Of a stretch of DNA of 64,000 nucleotides, positions 1-10,549 are shown piece after piece. Source of the DNA: Bdellovibrionales bacterium (GTDB taxonomy: Bacteria; Bdellovibrionota; Bdellovibrionia; Bdellovibrionales; UBA1609); the NCBI GenBank assembly GCA_965204055.1, contig OZ241967.1, positions 1,801,362-1,865,361 of the forward strand. Reading direction: 5' to 3'. The stretch's first letter is position 1, and each line of letters begins with the position of its first letter. The position numbers were made by a program, and so were the translations under genes. Under the pieces are notes generated by a model, which did not search any database, had not been told where the DNA came from, and was given only the letters and a program-made list of their open reading frames with translations.

Positions 1-235
1 ACATTATTACTTCTTTTTCTTTAAGATCGGATAAAAAGCCTCATTTTACGCTCAATAATCAGTTAAAGATTGTGTTTCTCCGTGTGGTGTTTTTTTTAAA
101 TTTCTCCTGCTCAAGCCGATAAGCAATATTTGTTACTTTTTTTAAAAATTTTGTTAAGTTTCTGCTAATCAAGCCGATAAGTGATGTATGAAATTGATAA
201 TTCCTTTACACAAAAGAGAATCAGGGAGTGAAAAA

Positions 236-482
236 GTGAAAAAAACCCATTTTACCCCCCCCCCCCCCCCCCCCCGCACTGCGTCATTGCGGTTTTCTTA
301 AGAGAGTCTTACTTAACAATAAAGGCTTTAGCTTGGTTGAAATATTGGTTATGTCGGTTGTCGGTGTTTTAGCTATTTCTGGTAGTGCTGAATTTTTGAA
401 GGTTGTTTTTTATCTTCTGCCAAAGTTTCCAATTCCATACTAACAGAGAATGATTTTTTATTAAGGTTTACAGTGACCACTT
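236..482 (+). pseudogene. Frameshifted/truncated type IV pilin-like (prepilin N-methylation motif) gene
   Basis: GTG at 236 (MKKTHFT) runs into a C21 tract. From 276 another frame reads ALRHCGFLKRVLLNNKG|FSLVEILVMSVVGVLAISG, a class III signal peptide, and stops at 441-443. A further shift at a T6 run gives LSSAKVSNSILTENDF to a stop at 482. Not in the ORF track. Confidence 0.6.
255..275 (+). repeat. C21 homopolymer
   Basis: 21 consecutive C in AT-rich DNA. Confidence 0.95.
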
Positions 483-647
483 AGGAGATATATTATGAAA
501 ACCATAATTTTACTGTTTATCTTTGATCGACTGTCGGGTATTTAAACAGCCGTGTAAAAAATTCTCTCTCCCTATTTTGTCTTTGGTGTTTCTTATAAAA
601 TGCCTTATATTGCCCTTATTATAAATGAATAACAAAAGGAGTTTATT

Positions 648-971
648 ATGAAAACAATACTACTTATTTTATTATCTTTAAGCTTAGGCTTTTTTGCCAA
701 AGCTGAAGAGGAAAAAATGGAAGTTTGCCAAGATTTATCTTGCCTGTCCGAGGAACAAAAAGATACTTTACTAAAAATCGCAATCCCGATTTTAGGCTAT
801 CATTTCGGCTTAACACATAATTTTACCACACAAGAAGATTGTCCAGAAGGTGCGGTTTGCTTATCCAAGGAACAAACAGATTTGTTACAATCACTTTTTG
901 CCCCTGATTATAAAAAAGCCGAAAGCGAAAAACCCCTCAAGCAAAAAACAAGTAAAACGTTACTAAAATGA
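648..971 (+). CDS. Small secreted protein with two Cys-pair repeats
   Basis: Signal peptide MKTILLILLSLSLGFFAKA; internal duplication VCQDLSCLSEEQKDTLL / DCPEGAVCLSKEQTDLL; RBS aggag. Confidence 0.75.
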   Translation: MKTILLILLSLSLGFFAKAEEEKMEVCQDLSCLSEEQKDTLLKIAIPILGYHFGLTHNFTTQEDCPEGAVCLSKEQTDLLQSLFAPDYKKAESEKPLKQKTSKTLLK

Positions 972-1249
972 ATGTTGGGTAAATTAAACCATTTACGGGT
1001 TTTTTCTTCGTTGCCCAAAAAAATACCTGCTACATATTCTATTGCTCCAGCCAATTCTGCTATTACTTCCCTTGTTCTGTTAGCTGTTCTGTCCGGCCTA
1101 AGCTGATCTCCAGTGAGACCAAAGGCCCCTGCCAGTTCTTCCCTGGAAATATCCATAAAATTTAAAATTTTATCAATTTTCACATTTCCTTTTTTATCAA
1201 ACAAACCTATAGAAGTTTTTATATCAAAACCTGGAACTATATTTGACAT
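908..1249 (-). pseudogene. Xre/MbcA/ParS-like antitoxin, 3'-truncated, orphan
   Basis: HTH-like ISREELAGAFGL and KTRKWFNLPNIHF motif. The expected GGxxP continuation is replaced by the antisense of the convergent 648-971 gene. No RES toxin is adjacent. Confidence 0.55.
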
Positions 1250-1397
1250 TTTACCTCCTTACTTTAAAAAGACCTATTTTTTACCGATTTTATACCATAA
1301 TTTTACCTTATTGAAAAGGAGAAATAAAGTCAATTATTTTAATAACTTATCTCAAATGCTCAAATGCTCTACTGCTCTTTTCATCTCCTCCCCCTTG

Positions 1398-1461
1398 TTT
1401 GATAAAATCTCACATTCCTTCGCGCTTATTTTGATAAAATCTCGCATTCCTTCACGCTTAT
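1398..1461. repeat. 32-bp tandem duplication
   Basis: tttgataaaatctcacattccttcgcgcttat followed by tttgataaaatctcgcattccttcacgcttat. Confidence 0.85.
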
Positions 1462-1489
1462 ACTGTTAGATGTCTTTAAAATATAACAG

Positions 1490-2368
1490 TCAACTGTTGC
1501 TTTTGTTTCTTTTATAAAAAAATAAGGTTAATCTGGTAAGAAAATTGATAAGAAACACAAACAACACTAACACCATAGCCCCCGCCCAAGCTTGTTTTTC
1601 CATCTGCTCAAAAGGGCCTTTAGAAAGCTCGTATATTTGCACAGGCAAAGTGGCTATAGGCTCATTTAAACTTCTTGCATGATACTGGTTGCCCAAGGCC
1701 GTAAATAAAAGCGGAGCCGTTTCCCCCGCAATACGAGCCACCGCCAACATAATAACCGTAACCAACATGCTTAAAGCCCCCGGAACAATAATGCGAACTA
1801 TCACCTTCCACCTTGGAAGACCAAGAGCTAAGCCCGCCTCACGAATATGATTTGGGATCATTTTTAAAATCTCTTCTGTCCCCCGCGCCACCACAGGCAA
1901 CATTATCAACAACAAAGCCCCAGCTCCTGCATAAGCAGAAAACCCGTATCTAGCCACAATAACACCATAAATAAAAATCCCTACCACTATAGAAGGAGCA
2001 CTTATCAATAAATCGATTACAAACCTAAGTGCTCTGGCGGTTTTAGTGTGTTTATATTCACTGAGGTAAATGCCCATACCCATACCCCACGGAATGCCAA
2101 AAACACTGGCCATACCTACTACTATAGCACTCCCTAAAAGAGCATTGGACAGCCCACCCCCCTTCTCCCCAGGAGGCTTAGGAAGCTCAGTAAAAAAATC
2201 CCAGTTTAAAGCAGAAGCCCCTTTCCCTAATACATAATAAACAATAAACAAAAACGGAACGGCCGCTAAGAGGCTTAAAAAAAACAAACACCCTATCATA
2301 AAAACATTGTGCCACTTTCGCCGTTTATCTTTTAAGGAAAGAGACCATATTTGAGATTTATTTTCCAT
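1490..2368 (-). CDS. pstA: Phosphate ABC transporter permease PstA
   Basis: APSIVVGIF, ARIAGETAPLLFT, EAGLALG motifs; operon with pstC and pstS. Confidence 0.95.
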   Translation of the reverse strand: MENKSQIWSLSLKDKRRKWHNVFMIGCLFFLSLLAAVPFLFIVYYVLGKGASALNWDFFTELPKPPGEKGGGLSNALLGSAIVVGMASVFGIPWGMGMGIYLSEYKHTKTARALRFVIDLLISAPSIVVGIFIYGVIVARYGFSAYAGAGALLLIMLPVVARGTEEILKMIPNHIREAGLALGLPRWKVIVRIIVPGALSMLVTVIMLAVARIAGETAPLLFTALGNQYHARSLNEPIATLPVQIYELSKGPFEQMEKQAWAGAMVLVLFVFLINFLTRLTLFFYKRNKSNS

Positions 2369-3314
2369 ATTTTTTTTCCATCCTCCACACCAAAAGCAAT
2401 GCCAAACTGTTAATAAGCAAAGAAAGACAAAATAAAGAAAACCCTACAGCCGTAAGAGACGACAGATGCAGTTCACTATCTGCTTCCGCATATTGATTAG
2501 CCAGAATACTGGCCATAGTTTGAGCTGGCTCAAAAAGAGAAGCTTTAAGAGAGATGGCATTACCCACCACCATAGTGACAGCCATTGTTTCGCCCAAAGC
2601 ACGCCCTAAACCCATAATAACAGCACCCACAATGCCAGTAAACCCACCTCTTAACACAGCCACTTTCAACATCTCCCACCGGGTAGCTCCTAACCCTAAC
2701 ACCGCTTCCCTATTGGATTCAGGAATAGCGCGAAACACCTCTCGACAAACAGAAGAAATAGTGGGAACAATCATAATGGCTAAAATTACCCCGCCACACA
2801 TCATCCCCACCCCATAATAAGCCCCTTGGAAAAAAGGTAAAAAAGAAAAATATTTAGATAAAAAAGATTGAATGTAATCCCTAAGAAGAGGGGCTAAAAC
2901 AAAAAGCCCCCATAAACCATATACAACAGAAGGCACTGCTGAAAGCATCTCCACAATAAAGCTTAAAGGTCTGGCCAGCCATTTTGGAGCCAGTTCACTT
3001 AAGAAAAGGGCTACCCCTATACTAACAGGCACAGCCAACAATAAAGCTAAAAAGGAAGTAACTGCTGTGCCATATATTAAAGAAAGTGCACCAAAACTTT
3101 CTGTCCAGTTATTCCAGTCGGCATTAATAAAAAATTTCCAACCAAAATGAGAAAAAGCCGGCCAGGACATTCGAAAAATAACAACCAACATATAAAAAAA
3201 TAAAAAGATAAGAGACCAGGAAAAACCTTTTAGAATAAAATAAAACAGACGATCGGGAATATGGATGTCTTTTTTCTTTTCTTTATTAATTTTTTTTACC
3301 ATCATCTTTATCAT
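2358..3314 (-). CDS. pstC: Phosphate ABC transporter permease PstC
   Basis: VPSVVYGLWG, LGRALGETMAV, EAVLGLGATRWE. Confidence 0.95.
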   Translation of the reverse strand: MIKMMVKKINKEKKKDIHIPDRLFYFILKGFSWSLIFLFFYMLVVIFRMSWPAFSHFGWKFFINADWNNWTESFGALSLIYGTAVTSFLALLLAVPVSIGVALFLSELAPKWLARPLSFIVEMLSAVPSVVYGLWGLFVLAPLLRDYIQSFLSKYFSFLPFFQGAYYGVGMMCGGVILAIMIVPTISSVCREVFRAIPESNREAVLGLGATRWEMLKVAVLRGGFTGIVGAVIMGLGRALGETMAVTMVVGNAISLKASLFEPAQTMASILANQYAEADSELHLSSLTAVGFSLFCLSLLINSLALLLVWRMEKKYGK

Positions 3315-4347
3315 TAACTTTAATAGTCTGTATTCTGTTTTTTACTTCCTGTATAACTGGGCGCGGAAGAGGTATGTAATGTAGTTTTTTACAAAAGTTC
3401 TGCCCTGTATTTAAGTACCAATTTAAAAACTGAACCAACGCTTTTCCTTTTTCAGAAAACATTTCCTTATACACCAATAAATAAGTGTAAGAAGACATAG
3501 GATAAACATCCACTCCTTGAGCTGAAACAAGAGAAGGAAACAAATTATTTGTTTTTTTTAGCATTTCTTGAGCAGAGGAAGCAACGGTCTGAGAGGTAGC
3601 AGAAACAAAATGTCCAGATATGTTTTGCACATCTGCCATAGATAAGTGACGATTTACTGCGTAGCTCATAGCCACATATCCTATAGCACCGGGGATTTTT
3701 TGAACCAGACCCATCACCCCTTCATTTCCTTTGCCCCCCACTCCTGTTATCCAGTTAACTGCTTTTCCTTTGCCCACTTGCTTAAGCCACTCTGGAGAAA
3801 ACTGAGAGAGATATTCTGTAAAAACCGCTGTTGTGCCACTGCCATCTGATCGATAAACCGGCACAATATTTTTATCCGGTAAAGCCACCTGAGGATTTAT
3901 TTTACGAATATCCTTATGGTTCCACTTGGTGATCTTTTTTTGATAGATACCTGCTAAAACAGGAGCTGTTAGACGAAGAGTTTTGGTTTTTAAAGAAGGA
4001 AGGTTATAACTGATAACCACAGCCCCTAAAGCTGTGGGTAAGTGTAAAATTTCTTTTTTAGATTTTTTTAGACGGTTTTTTGACATAGGGACATCGGTCG
4101 CGCCAAAATCTAAAGCCCCTGCTAAAAACTGACGAATGCCCCCCCCACTTCCAATAGAGCGATAATTGATCATAACATCAGGAGCTACTTTTCTGTATTC
4201 TAAAAACCATTTAGAATACAAAATATACGGAAAAGACGCCCCCGCACCATTTATTAACAAAGGACGGCGGACACTGGACTTTCCAGTGGCCGGCAAAGCA
4301 AAAAAGCAACCCAAAAATAAAACAAAAATAACTCTAAAGTAAAGCAA
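3286..4347 (-). CDS. pstS: Phosphate-binding protein PstS
   Basis: GAGASFPY, YRSIGSGGG, RSDGSGTT, GKGNEGV. Confidence 0.95.
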   Translation of the reverse strand: MLYFRVIFVLFLGCFFALPATGKSSVRRPLLINGAGASFPYILYSKWFLEYRKVAPDVMINYRSIGSGGGIRQFLAGALDFGATDVPMSKNRLKKSKKEILHLPTALGAVVISYNLPSLKTKTLRLTAPVLAGIYQKKITKWNHKDIRKINPQVALPDKNIVPVYRSDGSGTTAVFTEYLSQFSPEWLKQVGKGKAVNWITGVGGKGNEGVMGLVQKIPGAIGYVAMSYAVNRHLSMADVQNISGHFVSATSQTVASSAQEMLKKTNNLFPSLVSAQGVDVYPMSSYTYLLVYKEMFSEKGKALVQFLNWYLNTGQNFCKKLHYIPLPRPVIQEVKNRIQTIKVNDKDDGKKN

Positions 4348-4458
4348 AATGAAAATCCTCTTATTACTTTTAGTAACCTGCCTTTGAGGTTATAACAAAA
4401 TAAGATAAAAACTTTATTAAATTTATGTTAAAATTCCAGGCCACTTAAAGGGGAATTT

Positions 4459-5211
4459 ATGACCAAATTAAGCGTAAATGTCAATAAAATTGCCACTCTC
4501 AGAAACTCCAGAGGGAAAAATCAACCCGATCTAATAGAGGCTGTCCGAAAATTGATTCATTTCGGTGTAACAGGGATTACTGTTCATCCCCGCCCTGATG
4601 GTCGACATATTCTTTATAAAGATGTTTTACAGATTAAAAAATGCTTAAAAAAACACCAAAAAGTGGAGTTAAATGTGGAAGGTTACCCCAGCCAGAAATT
4701 TATGACTTTAATAGAGGAGGTAAAGCCTGCTCAATGCACTTTGGTTCCAGATGCTCCGTCTGATCTGACTTCTAATGCGGGTTGGAAAATTCAAAAAAAC
4801 CGGGCTTTATTAACCCACACTCTTAAAAGCTTACAAAAAAATAAAATCCGATCTTCTTTGTTTATAGATCCTTTTTCTCTGACAAAAAAAGAGGAAAAAG
4901 GATTGGTTCAGCTTAGTCCTGATAGGGCAGAGCTTTACACAGAGGCTTATGCAGACGCCTTCTTCACCCTCAAAAAAAGCACTATAACCCAAACTTATAT
5001 TTCCACTGCAAAAAAGCTAATAGCTTATGGAATAGAATTAAACGCTGGGCACGATTTAAACCTTAACAACCTGGCTTTTCTTTTAAAAAAAATTCCTGAG
5101 ATTAAAGAAGTCTCCATTGGGCATGCTTTAATTTGCGAATCCCTTTACCAGGGATTAAAAACAGTAGTGCAAAAATATTTAAAAATTTGCCAAGCCACCC
5201 GGAGCACTTAA
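4459..5211 (+). CDS. pdxJ: Pyridoxine 5'-phosphate synthase
   Basis: LSVNVNKIATLRN, GITVHPRPDGRHI, NAGHDLN, EVSIGHALI. Confidence 0.95.
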   Translation: MTKLSVNVNKIATLRNSRGKNQPDLIEAVRKLIHFGVTGITVHPRPDGRHILYKDVLQIKKCLKKHQKVELNVEGYPSQKFMTLIEEVKPAQCTLVPDAPSDLTSNAGWKIQKNRALLTHTLKSLQKNKIRSSLFIDPFSLTKKEEKGLVQLSPDRAELYTEAYADAFFTLKKSTITQTYISTAKKLIAYGIELNAGHDLNLNNLAFLLKKIPEIKEVSIGHALICESLYQGLKTVVQKYLKICQATRST

Positions 5212-5233
5212 TTTCTGGGAAATAACAAAGGAT

Positions 5234-5458
5234 TTATTTACTTAAAAGCTTATCCAGCTTGGTATTTACTTCTTCAAACTTGTCATTTACTTCTTCAAAC
5301 TTGTCATTTACTTCTGTTTTAAATTGATTCATCTCTTTTTCTATCCGCGCTTGATTTTCCTTTACTGGATTCAAAAGCCAATTAAAAATCACACTCAAAA
5401 CAGTAAGAACAGCACAAACCGCTACAACAGTCATTAAAAGGGCTTGTAAAATATCCAT
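5234..5458 (-). CDS. Small TM + coiled-coil protein with 21-bp heptad tandem repeat (Bdr/DUF1640-like)
   Basis: N-terminal TM helix; EVNDKFE heptad repeated, encoded by tandem ttacttcttcaaacttgtcat units. Confidence 0.65.
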   Translation of the reverse strand: MDILQALLMTVVAVCAVLTVLSVIFNWLLNPVKENQARIEKEMNQFKTEVNDKFEEVNDKFEEVNTKLDKLLSK

Positions 5459-6519
5459 AATTACCCCTTTTGTTTAAAAAAATTTAAAAGCTGTTTAAAG
5501 CTATTAAATAAAACCCCTGTGCAAAGAATAAAAACAGTAATGGCGGGGAGTATTTTTTAAAAAACTTTCACCAGTGTATCACAACCTTTTTCCTTTTGCA
5601 AAAATAATCAAGCGGGGATTTTTAAAAGCGATTTTAGGGGGGTAAGCGATTACTACCTCTTTTCGGGAAAATCCTCAGAAAAGCTGTAAAACTGGATAAA
5701 AACCGGATTTTTCCGGCGCGGAAAAAATGAGAGGACCAGCACGCGATCGACCGGGGAGCTATTTCAAAACATCCCGTAAGGCACTATAAGTTATTAGCAT
5801 AGTTTACAATTTTATCATTCCACTTAAAAATCGCTTTTATTTTCATAATTTTTGGTCTTTCTATACAAAAATCACTACAAAAACAAGTTTGTTTGTTATC
5901 TGCCCCACAATCTTTTTTATTGGTTTTGATCTCTATATGGCCACTTGGGCTATCTGTGTCCATGACTATAATCGCACCCTCTGGAATGCTCTCTGGATTT
6001 TTTTTGTATTTTTCGTCAAGTGGGATTCTTTCAAATAAAGGTACGTCCTCCATTCTATTCCCATCTTTTATGATAGGAAAATTAAGTAATGCTTCATTTG
6101 TTCTTTTAGTGTGGTTATTGCAATTTTCTCTTACAGAGCTGTCTGTTATATCGTCTTTTGAAAAAGGCTGGTCTTTGTATTTGCCATCTAAGTTAAGGGC
6201 ACAGTAAGCATGTTCAAAAACAAAGCTATGTTGACAAATATTATATTTTCCTTTATCCCACTGTTTTAAACATTGTTTCCGATCTCTGGCAGTGGTGTTT
6301 GTATTAATGGCGTTTTCTTTACAGTGAATAGCAAGCTTATTATGAATAGTGTTCATAATAGCCCCCAAGACATGGCGCGCACACCATCCTGTGTCTTTTG
6401 CTGGGTTGTCCTCGCATTTTGATATAGGATGGGGGGTTTGATCTTTCTCTACTTCTCTCAAACATCCTCTTATACAGCCACCATTTGGCCCACACTCACA
6501 CTTAGAATTATCATAAATA

Positions 6520-6662
6520 GTCGTCCGTGAAAAAGTGTATTTCAACACAGTAAACAGGGTTTACTTTGCCCTAAAACAGGCAAGATTCCCGCTCAAGGCG
6601 GGACTGTAAAGCCAAGTACTTGGCTTTACAGTTGGAGATGAACAGGGTTTTTCACGACTGAC
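6520..6662. mobile_element. MITE (143 bp), IS5-element-related
   Basis: TIRs gtcgtccgtgaaaaa / tttttcacgactgac; perfect 6-bp TSD taaata (6514-6519, 6663-6668); internal 28-bp palindrome 6604-6631. Confidence 0.9.
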
Positions 6663-6925
6663 TAAATAGTATTTAAAAAATACTGAGTAAAAGAGTCTTT
6701 ATCAAGGTCAATATATTTCTGAATTATATTTTTTAATTCGTTTAAATCTTCGTTTTTAGTGGGGTCACAATCACTTGATGAGCAATGCGCTTCTGTTTGG
6801 GTATTTTCCGGCTCAAAGGACTGGTTTATTTCAATAAGCCTTTTTGTAAAATAATCGCAAGCTTCTATTTTTTTAGTGCAATTTTCTTTGATAATATCAG
6901 TAGCAGTCCTTTGATACTGTATATA

Positions 6926-7045
6926 GTTGGTCGTGAAAAAGTGTATTTCAACACAGTAAACAGGGTTTACTTTGCCCTAAAACAGGCAAGATTCCCGCTC
7001 AAGGCGGGAATGACAGAAGTAGTGAAAAGGTTTATCACGTGCGAC
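6926..7045. mobile_element. MITE (120 bp), IS5-element-related
   Basis: TIRs gttggtcgtgaaaaa / tttatcacgtgcgac; TSD tatata (6920-6925, 7046-7051); ~75 bp of interior identical to the 6520 MITE; gattcccgctcaaggcgggaatgaca REP/dRS3-like hairpin. Confidence 0.9.
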
Positions 7046-7981
7046 TATATAGTCTTTACGATCAATAGGTGTGTTTTTAGAGGCATTATAACATCTTTCA
7101 GAGATGGAGTCGTTGGGGTCAATCGGTATACATTTATGATTAAATATAAAACCACACTCAAATTTATTTTCTGAACCATCACAATGATTGTCACGGGAAG
7201 GGCAAATATCTCTTTTTAGATATTCAGAGAAAACTGTCTCGTTTAGATTACCACCTATAAGACAAGGTTCTGAAAACACAACAGCAGAAAAAGCTGGTGG
7301 AATAAAAAAATTAAGGAAGTTTAACCAAGCCGTTTTTTTTTGTTGCCTTTGATTTTTTATATCTATTTCAAAGTGTAAAAAGGCTTTTTTTATTTCTTTT
7401 ATATATCTTAACCTAAGAGAGGGGGACATTATTTGATATTGTTTTTTAGGAATAAGATAAGAAGTTTTTTTTAATGGTATATTAACCCCATCCCCATTGC
7501 CTTCTTTATCTACTCGGTCGCATGTATTAAACTTATCTTTAAGCAATCTTAGTTTTTTAGGGGATACAATTTTAAGTGCAATTTTAAAAAATTCACTGGG
7601 GTTTTTTAACTTTGTAGCTGAGTAGTAGTTATAAACACAAAATATTAAAGAATGATCAACCGAAAAATCAAAAGCTTTATCATAAATTTTAACAACTTCT
7701 TGTAATATTTTTTGTCTTATGTCTCCATTGATTTTTTGTGCTGATTCTATATCTTTTAAGCCTCTCATATAAGGGCATACTTTTTGATATACTATTTGCT
7801 GATAATTATAGCCATTAATTTTTATCCTACTTGATATTAAGTCTTTAAGGTAAACTTCCATATCCTTTGTTTTTGACTCTTTACCAAAAGCAAAAGAGCA
7901 ACAAATGATTAAAAATATAAAAAATAAGGTATCGATTAATTTTTTCATATTTTTTCCGTATTTACCTCAAAGGTTAAAGTA

Positions 7982-9895
7982 TTATTGACCTCCTTTATCC
8001 CAATCTTCGCGGTTTGTTTTTGTGGTTGTAAGCTGGCGTGTAGTAGCTTGCCTTTGTCCTGCTTTAGCAAGTCGGTTAGTGTGATCGAGGCAAGCAGGGG
8101 ATTTAGGTTCTTGTGTTTCCGCGCAAATAAAAAAGTCCTGCACAGCACAAACTCGGTCCTCATGGCCTAAGTTAATAAAGTCCATATACTTAAAGGTTTG
8201 CCCTCTGTGTTTGACCGAGGCGTTTTTACATTTATTGTTTATATTTTTGTCTATTGGTGTAAAACCAAGTAGTTTTAAACACATCTTGCTTTTTTCTTTT
8301 TCCCGATCTGAGGGGTTTGTTACTGCCATCTCTTTGTCAATATAATCAAGTGTCCCCTTGGCATCTTTTAAAAATATTTTAGAAAAACTTTTCATTTTTT
8401 GGTGACTACCATCAAAGGCTTGTCTCATATCATCTTGCTTTTGCGCTACTTCTATAAAACTGGAAATATTAAATATTTCATAGACTGTATTTATTTTTTC
8501 AGCATTAAAGTTTTTAGCTATGTTTTGGGGAGTATTATCTGGGTTATTCTGAAAGTGCTTTATTGCTCTTTGGATTTGTTGTTTATTACTATAGTCTATA
8601 AACTTCTTAAAATGTGACACCTGACTTTGAGTCTCTGGATTTGTTGCGGTTAAAAGCTTAAAGCTATTCATAAAGTCTTCTTTTAATTGAGACATCTCTT
8701 CGTCTGTAGTGTCGTCATTATCATAACCTGCTTCCAGTGCTCTATAAGCTGTCTCTGCTTTTTTGATTTTTTCTTTAAATCCCTTCGCTTTTGTTCTACT
8801 AAAAGCCCTTGATCGTTCTTCTAAAAGGTCATTATCTAAATCCGATAATTGAGATAGACTTTTTAAGGCAGACTCACTTTCCTGGTTTTCATACCACCGG
8901 GTAACAAAATCTTCTGAATCCTCTGTTTCTCTTGGTGTAAAAGAATCCAACACACCTTTTAATGAGGCAACCCCACGGTCTATACCATTATTGGAACAAT
9001 CAATACAAGATTGAGCCTCTGTATCTACCTGATCTATAAGTTTTTTATTTTTTATCAATTCACAATGCCCTTGATTAAGTGAGGATAAAGCACATCCTAA
9101 ACCCATAGCCATTAAGGGTTTATCCAAACCTTTAGTGTCGTATTTTTTTCCAATAGCAAAAAGGTTTCTGGTAAGCTTAACAGCTCCAGACAACCCTAAA
9201 CCTAAAGGGGTTGAGCTTAACATAAGGCCCGTTAACCCTGTTAAACTTAATAAAGCTTGTGTTGTGGCCCCACTATCTTTTTTAAGGCATTTTGACTGAA
9301 TAGCACTTCCTAAAGCTTGGGAATATTGATCAATGTTATCAATAATAGCACTATTGGCTTTAATTTGTTGATCTGTTTTACCTGCACCAAGTATATTTCT
9401 TTGTTTAAAAACTGTTAAATCCTGTTTAATTTCCATCTGTTTAGCTTTTAATTGCATTTTTTCAGATGGAGGTAAAAGTTTATCATTTAAGCTATTTTCT
9501 ATATCTCTTAACTCTCTTTCTTTCTGTTTTAGATATCGTAAAGCACTTTTTGCGCTTACAACCTTTTGTATGGCATTTATATCAGGGATATTGTCTAAGC
9601 TATCTTTTACCGCTTTACATCGATCGCTATCTTCTATATTACTGACCATAGTTCTAAAAGCATTGATAGACTTTCTTACCTTATCGGTTTCTGAACCGCA
9701 TCCATCGCTATAGGTGTCTGCCAATATGTTACCCGCCGGTTGACTATCAAATGTTTGACTACCATCCGTTTGACTACCATCCGTTTGAGGGGAGAACGGA
9801 CTCATAGGTGGTTGCATACCCGGCATATTTCCATCCGTTTGAGCTTGAGCTATATTCATTAAACCCATAAAAAAAACACAAACAAAAATAATCAT
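7982..9895 (-). CDS. Secreted Cys-containing hypothetical protein (637 aa) with QTDGS repeats
   Basis: Long ORF, signal peptide, 15-bp tandem repeats near the N-terminus, hydrophobic Gly-rich segment LLSLTGLTGLMLSSTPLGLGLSG. Confidence 0.85.
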   Translation of the reverse strand: MIIFVCVFFMGLMNIAQAQTDGNMPGMQPPMSPFSPQTDGSQTDGSQTFDSQPAGNILADTYSDGCGSETDKVRKSINAFRTMVSNIEDSDRCKAVKDSLDNIPDINAIQKVVSAKSALRYLKQKERELRDIENSLNDKLLPPSEKMQLKAKQMEIKQDLTVFKQRNILGAGKTDQQIKANSAIIDNIDQYSQALGSAIQSKCLKKDSGATTQALLSLTGLTGLMLSSTPLGLGLSGAVKLTRNLFAIGKKYDTKGLDKPLMAMGLGCALSSLNQGHCELIKNKKLIDQVDTEAQSCIDCSNNGIDRGVASLKGVLDSFTPRETEDSEDFVTRWYENQESESALKSLSQLSDLDNDLLEERSRAFSRTKAKGFKEKIKKAETAYRALEAGYDNDDTTDEEMSQLKEDFMNSFKLLTATNPETQSQVSHFKKFIDYSNKQQIQRAIKHFQNNPDNTPQNIAKNFNAEKINTVYEIFNISSFIEVAQKQDDMRQAFDGSHQKMKSFSKIFLKDAKGTLDYIDKEMAVTNPSDREKEKSKMCLKLLGFTPIDKNINNKCKNASVKHRGQTFKYMDFINLGHEDRVCAVQDFFICAETQEPKSPACLDHTNRLAKAGQRQATTRQLTTTKTNREDWDKGGQ

Positions 9896-10431
9896 TGTTT
9901 AACACTCCTACTAACTCGGTTTATTAAAGAACGATATATTTTTTTGGTAAGGCGATCTGTATTAGCGATCAAACAGTCCCCATTTGTGGCAACCCATATA
10001 AGGCTATCTTTTGATTTCCCTTTTTGAGCTTTAGTAACATAAGATAAAAAACTTTGAGCCTTGTTTATTTTTAAGGATTTCGTAACCCCTCCCCATTCTT
10101 TAATTTTTTGACGAGCTAAGGATAGGGAAAAAGGTTCACAGTCTTTAGAAACAAATAAAGTATTGTCTACAACCGGCCCATAAAGCATTAACATAGTGCT
10201 TTCAGAAAAAACAGTGCTTAAGTCCAGCTCTTTAGAGTCAATACGAATATTCCAAGATTTTAAGGTTCTTATACGAGAAGCAGGCGGTGTTTCAATAGCA
10301 ACAATATTTTCACTAACAACTAAAACCAACAAAAATATAAAGAACCTTAGTAAAACAAATGGGTTAACCTGGCCTTTTTTTAAAAATCGAAATGACGCGG
10401 TGCGGGGGGGGGTAAAATGGGTTTTTTTCAC
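9892..10431 (-). CDS. Hypothetical exported protein with C9 tract in its 5' end
   Basis: Overlaps the next gene by 4 nt; hydrophobic segment; 5' ~70 bp nearly identical to 219-295. Confidence 0.7.
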   Translation of the reverse strand: MKKTHFTPPRTASFRFLKKGQVNPFVLLRFFIFLLVLVVSENIVAIETPPASRIRTLKSWNIRIDSKELDLSTVFSESTMLMLYGPVVDNTLFVSKDCEPFSLSLARQKIKEWGGVTKSLKINKAQSFLSYVTKAQKGKSKDSLIWVATNGDCLIANTDRLTKKIYRSLINRVSRSVKQ

Positions 10432-10549
10432 TTTTTCACTCCTTGATTTTCTTTTATTTAAAGAAATTATGGTTTTTATATATCACTTATCGGTTTGAGC
10501 AGGAGAAACTTAATAAAATTAATTAAAAAAAAGTAACAAATACTACTTA

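Larger units (their letters stand above)
5784..7948 (-). pseudogene. Secreted Cys-rich protein with C-terminal CHAP/NlpC-P60-like domain, interrupted by two MITEs (629 aa when rebuilt)
   Basis: Track ORFs 6977-7948 and 5784-6548 plus the open middle segment (YIQYQRTATDII...TQYFLNTI) join in frame when each MITE plus one TSD is removed (2165-126-149=1890 nt). C-terminal GWCARHV...GAIIV...GHIEIKT...FCSDF. Confidence 0.85.

Noticed and set aside
6785-7174. 129-aa plus-strand ORF
   Set aside because: Antisense to the rebuilt pseudogene and read through a MITE
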